From Candidatus Omnitrophota bacterium (lineage in GTDB: Bacteria > Omnitrophota > Gorgyraeia > Duberdicusellales > 4484-171): a stretch of 64,000 nt of DNA. Position 1 is the stretch's first letter, and each line of letters begins with the position of its first letter. The notes beneath the pieces were generated by a model. That model was not told the origin of the DNA, searched no databases, and saw only the letters and a program-made list of their open reading frames with translations. The DNA is taken from assembly GCA_028692655.1 (NCBI GenBank), contig JAQUWY010000001.1, positions 24,116 to 88,115 on the forward strand, in the 5' to 3' direction. Made by a program: the position numbers and the translations under genes. This document shows positions 18,023 to 26,906 of this stretch, one piece after another.

Positions 18023-20184
18023 ACTTTTTTACGTTTTCTTCTATATTTTCAACCTTTTCAACTTTCGCTATAGCTTTATTACTTTTCGTTAAAGTAAAAA
18101 ATAAAAGTCCAAGCTATAATTTTGCCTACACTTCTTTAGCTTCAGGAATTTGGACCTTGGGAGCGTGGGGATTTTCGACAACTACTTCGTATGATACAGC
18201 GTTGATATGGATCAAGGTTGCTCACATAGGAACAATTTTAACCCCTGCTTTCTTTTTCCATTTCGTTTCGGGTCTTACGAAAAAATATAATAAATTCCTA
18301 ATTTTGTTAAATTATTGTCTTGCAGCGCTGTTTGTTTTTTATACTTTTTTTTATAAAGATTTTATTCATATCAAATATGTTTTTGGTCAATTCTATTTTC
18401 CCATCTATGTTAATCCAGCTTCTGTATTATTTTATATAAGTGTTTACGGAATATTTCTCCCGTATGCGTTTTTTCTATTAATAACTTTTTTTAGAACTAC
18501 CAGGGGCATTTTACGAAATCAGCTTAAATATTTTATAATTGGTCTTATAGTAGCGTGGTCAGGTCCTGAAGGGTTATTCTTGTTTGCCTTAGGGGTTCCG
18601 ATTTATCCTTGTTCGAATATTCTTATAGGTGTCTATCCTTTAATATTTGCTTACGCTATCCTTAAATACCATCTAATGGATATCCGAATTTTTATCTCTC
18701 GGGCGGCGGCGTTTCTCATCAGTTATCCTTTCTTTTTAGGAGTTCCCTTTATATTCGCTTATCGAATGGAGCCGGTTCTGTTTCCTTTATTGGGAATGAA
18801 TTGGTGGCTTGTGCCTACAAGCTTAATTGTTTTCTTTGCCACCCTTGCCCCTTTGGCCTACGGGCAGATAAGAAGCAAAATGGAAAATGCCTTTTTGGCT
18901 GAACAAAAAAGATACCAGAAACTTTTACTTCAAGCTGCAAGCGGTATGGCGACAGAACATGATCTAAATCGTCTGGCAAAGCTGATTGTTTATATTGTAA
19001 AGAAGGCCGTAAGAATTGATTTTGCGGCTATTTTCCTTGATGATAAATCCAACGAGATTTATCGGCTCAAGGCTTATCGTGATAGAGGAAGCAAAATATC
19101 AAAGGATATGGTTTTTCTTTATGAACATCCCCTTGTGCAATATTTAAAGAAGCAAAAAGAACCTGTGCTTTATGAAGAACTGCCTCCTGAGTTAAGAGAA
19201 TCTTTAGGTGAATTCTCCAAAACCAGCCTTATTGTTCCTTCCGGTATTGAAGATAATCTGCTGGGCTTTGTGTTTTTTGGTGAAAAACTTAATCGCCAAC
19301 CTTATACTAACGATGATATTGATGTGTTTAAAATACTTTCCCATCAGGCGGCTTTGGCTATAGAAAATTGTCTTTTTATGGAGGAATCGCGCCAGGCTCA
19401 GGAGAAAATATTTGCCGCTGAAAAACTGGCTTCAATCGGAGGCATCGCTGACGGTGTGGCTCATCAGATTAAAAACCGTTTGAATCAATTTTCTGTTGCC
19501 AGCGGAGAGCTTCGCTATGAAATAAAAGATTTTGCCCAGAAGCATTCCGAGCTGATATTGAAGAATCCTGACCTTAAAAAAACCTTTGATTATTTGGCCG
19601 AAATCGCTACATCTTTTCTTAATAATGTCAAAAGGACTGACGGCATTGTTAAGGGAATACTTAATTTTGCAAGGGTGGAGGAGAAAGAGACTTTTTTCAG
19701 CAAGTTTTCTTTAAAAGAGGTGATAGATGTTTCTACTGAACTTCTGCAGATAAAGCATGAAATTTCCCAGGTACCTCTAAAGCTTAATCTAGGTTCTTCA
19801 GATATTATTTATGGTGTTAAAGCCCAAATGACCGAAGTCGTGTATAATATGCTCGACAACGCCTATGAGGCTATACAGGATAAAGTTATGCGTCTTGAGC
19901 CGGAAGAAAAACTGAAATTTTCTCCTGAAATTAAATTACGCTTGCTTCACGAGCAATCAATAGACGTTATAGAAATCTCTGATAATGGTATTGGAGTCAG
20001 CAAAGAAAATGAGCGCAAAATATTCGCTCCGTTTTTTACCACAAAATCTTCATACAAATCAGGCACAGGCATTGGAATGTATGTTGTAAAGCGTATGGTG
20101 GAGGAAAATCATAAAGGAAAAGTTTGGTTTGAATCTACGCATATGAAAGGAATCAAGTTTTTTGTGGAATTGCCACGGAAATAA
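18019..20184 (+). CDS. sensor histidine kinase with large multi-TM N-terminal domain and GAF-like region
   Basis: About 300 aa of hydrophobic helices. H-box GVAHQIKNRLN. HATPase_c motifs DNGIGV and GTGIGMYVV. Overlaps the upstream gene stop. Confidence 0.8.
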   Translation: MNFFTFSSIFSTFSTFAIALLLFVKVKNKSPSYNFAYTSLASGIWTLGAWGFSTTTSYDTALIWIKVAHIGTILTPAFFFHFVSGLTKKYNKFLILLNYCLAALFVFYTFFYKDFIHIKYVFGQFYFPIYVNPASVLFYISVYGIFLPYAFFLLITFFRTTRGILRNQLKYFIIGLIVAWSGPEGLFLFALGVPIYPCSNILIGVYPLIFAYAILKYHLMDIRIFISRAAAFLISYPFFLGVPFIFAYRMEPVLFPLLGMNWWLVPTSLIVFFATLAPLAYGQIRSKMENAFLAEQKRYQKLLLQAASGMATEHDLNRLAKLIVYIVKKAVRIDFAAIFLDDKSNEIYRLKAYRDRGSKISKDMVFLYEHPLVQYLKKQKEPVLYEELPPELRESLGEFSKTSLIVPSGIEDNLLGFVFFGEKLNRQPYTNDDIDVFKILSHQAALAIENCLFMEESRQAQEKIFAAEKLASIGGIADGVAHQIKNRLNQFSVASGELRYEIKDFAQKHSELILKNPDLKKTFDYLAEIATSFLNNVKRTDGIVKGILNFARVEEKETFFSKFSLKEVIDVSTELLQIKHEISQVPLKLNLGSSDIIYGVKAQMTEVVYNMLDNAYEAIQDKVMRLEPEEKLKFSPEIKLRLLHEQSIDVIEISDNGIGVSKENERKIFAPFFTTKSSYKSGTGIGMYVVKRMVEENHKGKVWFESTHMKGIKFFVELPRK

Positions 20185-20268
20185 TATTTTATGATTACGT
20201 AGTCTGGTATATGTTGACCGTTGAAAGGTTGCGTAGCTGGAAACGTTAAAGGTTTAGCGTTAATCGTT

Positions 20269-20700
20269 ATGGAAGATAAAAAAATAAGAAGCTTTCACGA
20301 TTTAGATGTATATCAAAATTCATATGGAGCCATGCTGATAGTTTATAAAGAAATAATGCCTAAATTACCCAAAGAAGAGGAATATGACCTTAAAGATCAG
20401 CTTAGAAGGTCAACTAAAGCTATTCCAAGATTGATAGCCGAAGGGCATTCTAAAAGACATCAAAAGAGGGGATTTCAGAAATATATAGACGATTCTTTAG
20501 CAGAGTCTAACGAGACAATTGTTTCACTAAGTCAGGCTCGCGATTTGTACGCAAATTACGTAGATACTAAATTATGCAATGAACTGATTGATAGATACGA
20601 TAAAATAAGCAGGCAGTTATATAATTTAGCTTTGGCTTGGGATAAATTTAATAGGCGCAGCCGTAAAACGACAAACGATTCGAGCTACACAACCGTATAG
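20269..20700 (+). CDS. four-helix-bundle protein (23S rRNA IVS protein family), copy 2
   Basis: FHDLDVYQNSY...LRRSTKAIPRLIAEGHSKRH...AESNETI. ATG at 20269. The track ORF starts at 20221. Flanked by ggttgcgtagctgg / cgagctacacaacc inverted repeats. Confidence 0.75.
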   Translation: MEDKKIRSFHDLDVYQNSYGAMLIVYKEIMPKLPKEEEYDLKDQLRRSTKAIPRLIAEGHSKRHQKRGFQKYIDDSLAESNETIVSLSQARDLYANYVDTKLCNELIDRYDKISRQLYNLALAWDKFNRRSRKTTNDSSYTTV

Positions 20701-20766
20701 CTTATTACGGAAAAGCTAATTGTTAATTTTTTATTTTACATTCCCGAATAAGATGAGGGGTGAATT

Positions 20767-21135
20767 ATGAGCAAAGTATTAGTAATTGATGATGAAGTGG
20801 AAGTGGTAGATTTTCTATTTAATTTTCTCAGGAGATTCAAAATTCAGGTTGAGAAAGCTGTGAGCGGTAAAGGGGCTCTTGAGGCTTTTATGAAGGTCAA
20901 GCCCGATTGGGTATTTTTGGACATCAAAATGCCGGATATAGACGGTTTCGAAGTTTTAAAAGCGATAAAATCTATGTCGCCGGAAGTCAACGTTATAATG
21001 ATAACCGGAAAGGAAGATAAAGAATCCCAGGATAAGGCCAGGAAGCTTGGAGCATTTGATTACATAATTAAGCCTTTGGATTTAGAGCAGCTACATAAGA
21101 AAATTCAGGTTAATATACTGGATAAAAATAATTAA
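20767..21135 (+). CDS. response regulator receiver domain protein (CheY-like, stand-alone)
   Basis: VLVIDDE. Phospho-acceptor in LDIKMPDIDGF. Conserved K in IIKP. 122 aa. Confidence 0.85.
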   Translation: MSKVLVIDDEVEVVDFLFNFLRRFKIQVEKAVSGKGALEAFMKVKPDWVFLDIKMPDIDGFEVLKAIKSMSPEVNVIMITGKEDKESQDKARKLGAFDYIIKPLDLEQLHKKIQVNILDKNN

Positions 21136-21189
21136 CATTAGTAAAAAACTCTTTTTGTAAATGTAAGCCTGTGTATAATATAAAGAATT

Positions 21190-22371
21190 ATGAAAGCACA
21201 TCCCGACTATAGGAAAGACTTGGAGATTGCCGCGAAGCAGATGATTCTTATCCACCGTGTGGATACTTTGATTAAACTGATTCTGCGCACTATAGTCAGG
21301 TCACTTAAGGTTAAACATGCCGGGCTTCTTTTATATGATAAAGATAGAGATGAATATGTGGTTAAGGTGTCCCGCGGTAAGGGTGGATTCAAGATTCCTT
21401 CCGGATTTACCAAAATAAATAAAGATAACGCTTTAATAAGATATTTTACTGAAGATAGCCTGCGTATTTTCGGCAAGGATGTTTTACTTCTGCGCCGGTT
21501 GAATGCTTTTTTAAGCTCAAAAAAGACCAAAAAGGATAAAAACTTAAGAACTTTTCTTGAAAGTATTAAGCTGCAGTTTTCTTTATATAACGCAAAGGCT
21601 TGCATTCCGGGATTTTTTAGGGATAAACTTATTTGTATTTTTTTTCTTGGCCAAAAGTTAGACGGTAAAGATTTCAACCGGGACGAGTTAGGATTTCTTT
21701 CGGTTCTAAGCTCAGACGCAGTAATGGCTATCCAAAATGCTTGGTTTTTCCAGGATTTGAATAACCAGCTTGGTATAAATAAAAAGCTCTTTTTACAGAC
21801 TGTGATGGCGCTTGCTTCAGCAATTGAAGCCAAAGATAAATATACAATAGGCCACACAGAAAGAGTATCAAAATATTCTTTGATAGTTGCCCAGGAAATT
21901 AAAGCAATGAAGAAAGTTCCTTCTAAGGACAGGGAAGATTTTCTGGAAAATTTAAGGATAGCGTCTTTGCTTCACGACATAGGAAAAATCGGCGTCAGGG
22001 AAGATGTGCTTAACAAAAATGGGTTTCTTGATCAAGAAGAACGCCGCGAAATCGAAAAACACCCAACGATAGGGTTTTCGATATTGAAACAAGTTGATGA
22101 ATTTCATGAGCCTATTTTAGGGGTGAAATACCACCATGAGCGTTATGATGGCAAAGGATATCCCGAAGGCATAAAGGGAAAGAAAATTCCTCTTATTGCC
22201 CAGATAATTGCCGTAGCAGATACCTTTGATGCGATGACCTCTGATAGGCCATATCGTAAGGGTTTATCCAAGGAAGAAGCAGCTAGGGTAATTGAGGAAA
22301 ATAAAGGCAAGCAATTTTCTCCTTTGATCGTGGATGCGTTCTTAAGGGTGTATAAGGCAGGGAAGCTGTAA
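21190..22371 (+). CDS. GAF domain / HD-GYP phosphohydrolase
   Basis: HD motif LLHDIGKIGV. HD-GYP signature HHERYDGKGYP. Confidence 0.8.
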   Translation: MKAHPDYRKDLEIAAKQMILIHRVDTLIKLILRTIVRSLKVKHAGLLLYDKDRDEYVVKVSRGKGGFKIPSGFTKINKDNALIRYFTEDSLRIFGKDVLLLRRLNAFLSSKKTKKDKNLRTFLESIKLQFSLYNAKACIPGFFRDKLICIFFLGQKLDGKDFNRDELGFLSVLSSDAVMAIQNAWFFQDLNNQLGINKKLFLQTVMALASAIEAKDKYTIGHTERVSKYSLIVAQEIKAMKKVPSKDREDFLENLRIASLLHDIGKIGVREDVLNKNGFLDQEERREIEKHPTIGFSILKQVDEFHEPILGVKYHHERYDGKGYPEGIKGKKIPLIAQIIAVADTFDAMTSDRPYRKGLSKEEAARVIEENKGKQFSPLIVDAFLRVYKAGKL

Positions 22372-22815
22372 TAGTCGATAGTCCATAGTCCATAGATGAT
22401 AGGCTGTACAGGTTAAGGTTAAGGTTGAGGTTGAGAAAGACAGAAAAACCGAAAAACCAAAGAATCGAAAAACGGAAGAACTAAAAACTGAAAGACCAAA
22501 AAACCGAAGAACATAAAAACTAAAAGACTGAAAAACATAAAGAATAGGGAAGTTAAGACCTTGTCTACCGGCAGGCAGGCGCTAACCGAAAACCGAAAGA
22601 ATATTTCTTTAGTAGAAATACGATAGAAATATATGGAAATACATAGAAATAAATTGTTTTGAATTTTATTCATTTGAATTTGTTTAGGGATTAGAATTTC
22701 GGATTTAGTATTTGGTTGGTTAGTATTATTGGAATTTTTGATGTTCTGGCGCTCTGGTGACTAGTGTACTGGTGTTCTTAAAATATTTATTTAACGCGTA
22801 AGCATTCTGCGAATA

Positions 22816-22903
22816 GGAGAGGTCGCATAGCCCGGTCGAGTGCGCGTGTTTGGAGAACACGTATCCGCTTTGCGGATCCAGGGTTCGAATCCCTGCCTCT
22901 CCG
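22816..22903 (+). tRNA. tRNA-Ser (anticodon GGA)
   Basis: Acceptor GGAGAGG/CCTCTCC. Anticodon stem CGTGT/ACACG with loop TTGGAGA. Long variable arm ATCCGC-TTT-GCGGAT. T arm CAGGG-TTCGAAT-CCCTG. No encoded CCA. Confidence 0.8.
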
Positions 22904-23021
22904 TTTTTTGACCTTTGGTCAAAAAACGGAGCAATTGAGCAATAGACAATAGAACAATAGATGCGTTTGCTCAATTGCGGTCTAATGCTCAATTGTTCTA
23001 TTGTTCTAAAGAAGGTGACAA

Positions 23022-23342
23022 ATGCCTTTCATGTTCGAAAATCTGGAGGTTTATAAGAAGGCTATCGATATCGCCGAAGAGCTTGGCGTTCTCACGGAAT
23101 CTTTTCCAAAAGGTAACTATTATTTAGCCGATCAGTTGAATCGAGCGGCTCTATTAATCGCGACAAATATTGCCGAGGGCAATGGTAAGTATCATAAAGC
23201 AGATAGGATTAACTTTTTTCGCATCGCTCGTGGTTCTGCGTTTGAATGTATTCCCATATTAGAATTATGTAAGCGCAAAAGATTAATCAAAGAAGAGGAC
23301 GCTTCAGGCATCAATTCGGCTAAGGCCTCTTTGAAATGGTAA
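23022..23342 (+). CDS. four-helix-bundle protein (23S rRNA IVS protein family), copy 3
   Basis: LEVYKKAIDIAEEL...FPKGNYYLADQLNRAALLIATNIAEGNGKYH...FRIARGSAFE. Confidence 0.8.
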   Translation: MPFMFENLEVYKKAIDIAEELGVLTESFPKGNYYLADQLNRAALLIATNIAEGNGKYHKADRINFFRIARGSAFECIPILELCKRKRLIKEEDASGINSAKASLKW

Positions 23343-23562
23343 TTTCAAAAGGCCTAGTCTCATTGAGACAACGGACTCCGGACGAGGCTTGGTCCGAGCC
23401 GGAGTTTTAATAGTCGTAGAGCTGTTTTGAATCTAAGCCTTTTTCTTTATCTACGAAATAGCCAGGTTTTTCTCGAAATAAGATTTTTCCTTGACACCTG
23501 CGCTATAAATATGTTATATTAACTCCGGTTAATTTATAGGTTAAACCTTTACGGTTAAGGAT

Positions 23563-23655
23563 ATGCGGACAAAAAACCATTACAAGGCAATTTTTTCTCT
23601 AGTTGTAGGGGTAGTAGTCTCTGCGTTCTGCCGTAGGGGTCTAGCTAATAAGTAG
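23563..23655 (+). promoter_or_regulatory. candidate ilv leader peptide 1 (MRTKNHYKAIFSLVVGVVVSAFCRRGLANK)
   Basis: 30-codon ORF with a Val-rich core LVVGVVV, followed 25 nt later by an intrinsic terminator. Lies upstream of ilvB. Confidence 0.45.
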
Positions 23656-23681
23656 ATTAACCGAAAATTAGCGAAAACAAA

Positions 23682-23719
23682 GCCCTTGTCGGTAGAAACG
23701 ACAGGGGCTTTTTTATTTT
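23682..23719 (+). terminator. attenuator terminator 1 (ilv leader)
   Basis: gcccttgtcg-gtagaaa-cgacaggggc stem followed by ttttttatttt. Confidence 0.55.
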
Positions 23720-23752
23720 ATACTGCATAAAAATAGCAAAATGCCAAATAAT

Positions 23753-23821
23753 ATGGAGAAAAATAGGCTTAATAATCAGGTTAAACTAGAATTGGTCGTA
23801 GTCAACAAGGCACCGCCTTAA
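23753..23821 (+). promoter_or_regulatory. candidate ilv leader peptide 2 (MEKNRLNNQVKLELVVVNKAPP)
   Basis: 22-codon ORF with LELVVV, followed about 25 nt later by a second intrinsic terminator. An in-frame alternative start lies at 23741. Confidence 0.4.
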
Positions 23822-23844
23822 GGCGCTTATGTTTTGTAAGCATA

Positions 23845-23885
23845 GGCCCCTGCCGGCGGTAAACGAGGCAGGGGTTTTTTATTTT
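23845..23885 (+). terminator. attenuator terminator 2 (ilv leader)
   Basis: cccctgcc-ggcggtaaacga-ggcagggg stem followed by ttttttatttt, 28 nt before the ilvB start. Confidence 0.55.
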
Positions 23886-23912
23886 CAAAAGGGATTTTAG
23901 AAGGAGGGGAAA

Positions 23913-25583
23913 ATGTATTACAGCGGAGCGCAGATTCTTATTAAATTATTGGAGAAATTCGGAATAAGAAAAATTCCCGGAATTCCCGGGGGCGCGAATC
24001 TTCCAATTTATAGCGCCCTGGCAGACAGTTCTATAGAGCATATCTTGGCACGGCATGAGCAGGGAGCTGGATTTATTGCTCAAGGCATGGCACGCTCAAC
24101 CGGTAAGCCTGCAGTTTGTTTTGCCACTTCCGGCCCGGGTGCTACGAATTTATTAACAGCCATTGCCGACGCAAAATTAGATTCGGTGCCGATAATTGCT
24201 ATTACCGGACAGGTGCCTACAACTTATTTGGGGACAGATGCTTTCCAGGAAATCGATACCTACGGCCTTACTTTGCCGATTACAAAACACAATTTTCTCA
24301 TTCGTTCGCCAGCGGAGCTGCTGGAAGTTATTCCTGAAGCTTTCAGGATTGCTAGAGACGGCCGGCCGGGGCCGGTTGCAATTGATATTCCTAAGGATGT
24401 ACAGTTTGAGAAGATTAAAGTTTCTAAATGGCCATCTCCGAAAAGGACAAAAATTAAAAAAATTGACCAAAAAACTATTAGGAAAATAGCGCAAGAAATC
24501 AATAAAGCAAAAAAGCCCTTGCTTTATATCGGCGGCGGGATTATCAGCTCAGGGGCTCATTTGGCTTTGCGTAAGTTTTCCGGTAAGAATTCTATTCCGG
24601 TTACATCAACCCTTATGGGCCTGGGAGCTTTTTTGCCTCAGGGCTCCTTATATTTGGGGATGCTGGGAATGCATGGGGCGCGCTATACAAATCTTCTTCT
24701 TAAGGAAACAGATTTACTTTTGGCTTTTGGGGTTAGATTTGATGACAGGGCAACTGGCAACATAAAAGAATTCTGCAGCCAGGCTAAGATAATCCATATC
24801 GATATTGACTATGCAGAAATAGACAAATTGAAGAAAACTAATATTTCCATAGCAGGGGATATCAAGCAGGCGTTAGAGCAGATCCTTCCTTATTTAAGGC
24901 GCGATGCCCGAAGGCAGTGGCTTGCTCATATAGAAAAGTTTAAGAAAGAATATCCTTTTTTTATGCCGGCAAAAAAATATTTTTTTCAACCGCTTAACTT
25001 TATACAGGCTATAAACAGGCATCTTGCGCCTCAGGATATTATTACTACTGATGTTGGCCAACACCAGATGTGGGTTGCCCAGGCTTATACTTTCAGCTAT
25101 CCCAGGACTTTTTTGACATCCGGAGGCCTGGGAACAATGGGTTTTGGGTTCCCGGCGGCTATCGGTGCGGCTCTGGCTAATCCCGGCAGGCGTGCGGTTT
25201 GTATTAGTGGAGACGGCTCATTCCTTATGAATATACAGGAATTAGCCACTCTGGCCGATTTGAATTTAGATGTTGCCGTAATAATAATGAATAATAAAAA
25301 TTTAGGATTGGTTCGTCAACAGCAGGAACTTTTTTACGGTAAAAAATACATAGGGACCTTCTTTAAGAGTAATCCTGATTTTACGAAAATAGCTGAAAGC
25401 TTTGGCATAAGGGGCTATGATTTGGGAAAGGCAAAGCAACCAGCGAAGATGCTGGATGAGGCTTTACGGAAAAAGGGCCCTTGTGTTATCAATGCCCCGA
25501 TCCATTATGCCGAAAACGTTATGCCTATGGTTGCTCCGGGAGCGGCCAATAGCGAAATGATAGGAGGCCAGGAATATGAATAA
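23913..25583 (+). CDS. ilvB: acetolactate synthase large subunit (ThDP-dependent)
   Basis: 556 aa. TPP-enzyme N/M/C domains. GDGSFLMNIQEL ThDP-binding motif. SD aaggagggg. Confidence 0.9.
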   Translation: MYYSGAQILIKLLEKFGIRKIPGIPGGANLPIYSALADSSIEHILARHEQGAGFIAQGMARSTGKPAVCFATSGPGATNLLTAIADAKLDSVPIIAITGQVPTTYLGTDAFQEIDTYGLTLPITKHNFLIRSPAELLEVIPEAFRIARDGRPGPVAIDIPKDVQFEKIKVSKWPSPKRTKIKKIDQKTIRKIAQEINKAKKPLLYIGGGIISSGAHLALRKFSGKNSIPVTSTLMGLGAFLPQGSLYLGMLGMHGARYTNLLLKETDLLLAFGVRFDDRATGNIKEFCSQAKIIHIDIDYAEIDKLKKTNISIAGDIKQALEQILPYLRRDARRQWLAHIEKFKKEYPFFMPAKKYFFQPLNFIQAINRHLAPQDIITTDVGQHQMWVAQAYTFSYPRTFLTSGGLGTMGFGFPAAIGAALANPGRRAVCISGDGSFLMNIQELATLADLNLDVAVIIMNNKNLGLVRQQQELFYGKKYIGTFFKSNPDFTKIAESFGIRGYDLGKAKQPAKMLDEALRKKGPCVINAPIHYAENVMPMVAPGAANSEMIGGQEYE

Positions 25584-25875
25584 AATTGCCAGCACTATAA
25601 TAGAGTTGACGGTTAGGAATCATCCGGGGGCCATGTCGCACATAACCGGTTTGTTTTCCCGCAGGGGATTTAATCTGGAGGGAATACTATGTGCTTCCAT
25701 AGGCAATGGCGAAAATAGCCGCATGTATTTACTGGTCGAAAACAATAGCCGTCTTGAGCAGATAGTAAAACAACTACAGAAATTATACGATGTTCTAAAA
25801 CTGCGAATAAGGCATGATTATGACCACACTTTATTTAATCGCCTGCATGAGCTTATTAAGGGAGAAGGACTATAA
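25576..25875 (+). CDS. ilvN: acetolactate synthase small subunit (ACT domain, short form)
   Basis: 99 aa. ACT-domain start LTVRNHPGAMSHITGLFSRRGFNLEG. Overlaps the ilvB stop. Confidence 0.8.
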   Translation: MNKIASTIIELTVRNHPGAMSHITGLFSRRGFNLEGILCASIGNGENSRMYLLVENNSRLEQIVKQLQKLYDVLKLRIRHDYDHTLFNRLHELIKGEGL

Positions 25876-26006
25876 GTCGACAGAAGCAGGTAGAGGCTAA
25901 GGCAAAGGCATAGACACAAAGCTTCATTTTCAGCTTAATAAAATCTCGTCAGTATTTGATTGATGGACGAGCAGGCATGTTTAAATAAGGTTTAGCTTTT
26001 ATTTAA

Positions 26007-26642
26007 GTGGGCCGAAACTGTTTGCTAATCTTGGCCTTTTGCGGTAAAATTCCATCAATGGAGAAGAAAAATATATATATAATATCTGGGCCAAATGGTT
26101 CAGGCAAGACTACTTTTGCCAAGGAATTCTTGCCTGATTATGCAAATTGTCCCAATTTTATAAATGCTGACCTTATCGCTCAGGGGTTATCTCCCTTTTC
26201 GCCTCAACAAGTGGCAATCAAAGCCGGCAAACTCGTTCTTGAACAAATCACTCAATTTTCCGAAAAAGGCCTTGATTTTGGGTTTGAGACTACTCTATCC
26301 GGAAAAACTTACCTTAAACATTTTAAGGTTTTTAAGAAAAAGGGTTACCGGCTAAATTTATTTTTTCTCTGGATTCCCAGCCCGCAGTTGTCTATAGTCC
26401 GTATTCAAGATAGAGTTAAACAAGGCGGGCATGATGTGCCAATAGCAGATATCAAGCGTAGGTTTGACAGAAGTATAGAAAAGTTTTTTAAAGAATACCG
26501 CTTATTGGCAGACAAATGGATATTATTTAATAATTCTGGGGAAAAGCCGAAGATTATTGCAAAAAAACAAAACGCACATATCGATATAATTGATAGAGAA
26601 CTAATGACGAAAATTACTAAAAAAGCCGGAGTAAAATTATGA
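26007..26642 (+). CDS. zeta-toxin-like P-loop kinase (AAA-type ATPase)
   Basis: Walker A ISGPNGSGKTTFAKE. Zeta/PezT-like length and layout. GTG start at 26007 or ATG at 26058. Confidence 0.5.
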   Translation: MGRNCLLILAFCGKIPSMEKKNIYIISGPNGSGKTTFAKEFLPDYANCPNFINADLIAQGLSPFSPQQVAIKAGKLVLEQITQFSEKGLDFGFETTLSGKTYLKHFKVFKKKGYRLNLFFLWIPSPQLSIVRIQDRVKQGGHDVPIADIKRRFDRSIEKFFKEYRLLADKWILFNNSGEKPKIIAKKQNAHIDIIDRELMTKITKKAGVKL

Positions 26643-26790
26643 AAAAGAAACGCTTAACGATACTAGACAAAGCCGAGCTTGCCATGAAACAAGCCATAAA
26701 AAAAGTTGTGGCCCAACATAAAAAAGACGGCCGCCCGTTGGCGGTATGGGAAAACGGCAGGGTTAAAAGAATCTACGTTAAGTAATACTT
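26639..26790 (+). CDS. small hypothetical protein (50 aa) translationally coupled to the zeta-like kinase
   Basis: ATG overlaps the upstream stop (ATGA). Basic, lysine-rich. Not in the supplied ORF track because it is under 60 aa. Confidence 0.3.
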
Positions 26791-26906
26791 GCTATTTATT
26801 ATCCGGTGTTTGATTTTATCTTATCCAGCCAAATAGCTTACAGTTTACTTCCTGCATAACCATTTATCTTGTCAAGAGATAGCAGGTATGTTAAAATCTA
26901 AGCACT

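Noticed and set aside
21207-21857. 216-aa minus-strand ORF
   Set aside because: Antisense to the GAF/HD-GYP gene, which has clear motifs. No motif or RBS of its own.
22419-22673. 84-aa minus-strand ORF and its near-twin at 30310..30645
   Set aside because: Both are readouts of the aaaaacygaaa low-complexity repeat (FMFFSLLVFMFFGFLVFQF...). They are identical because the DNA repeat is duplicated, not because of a conserved protein.
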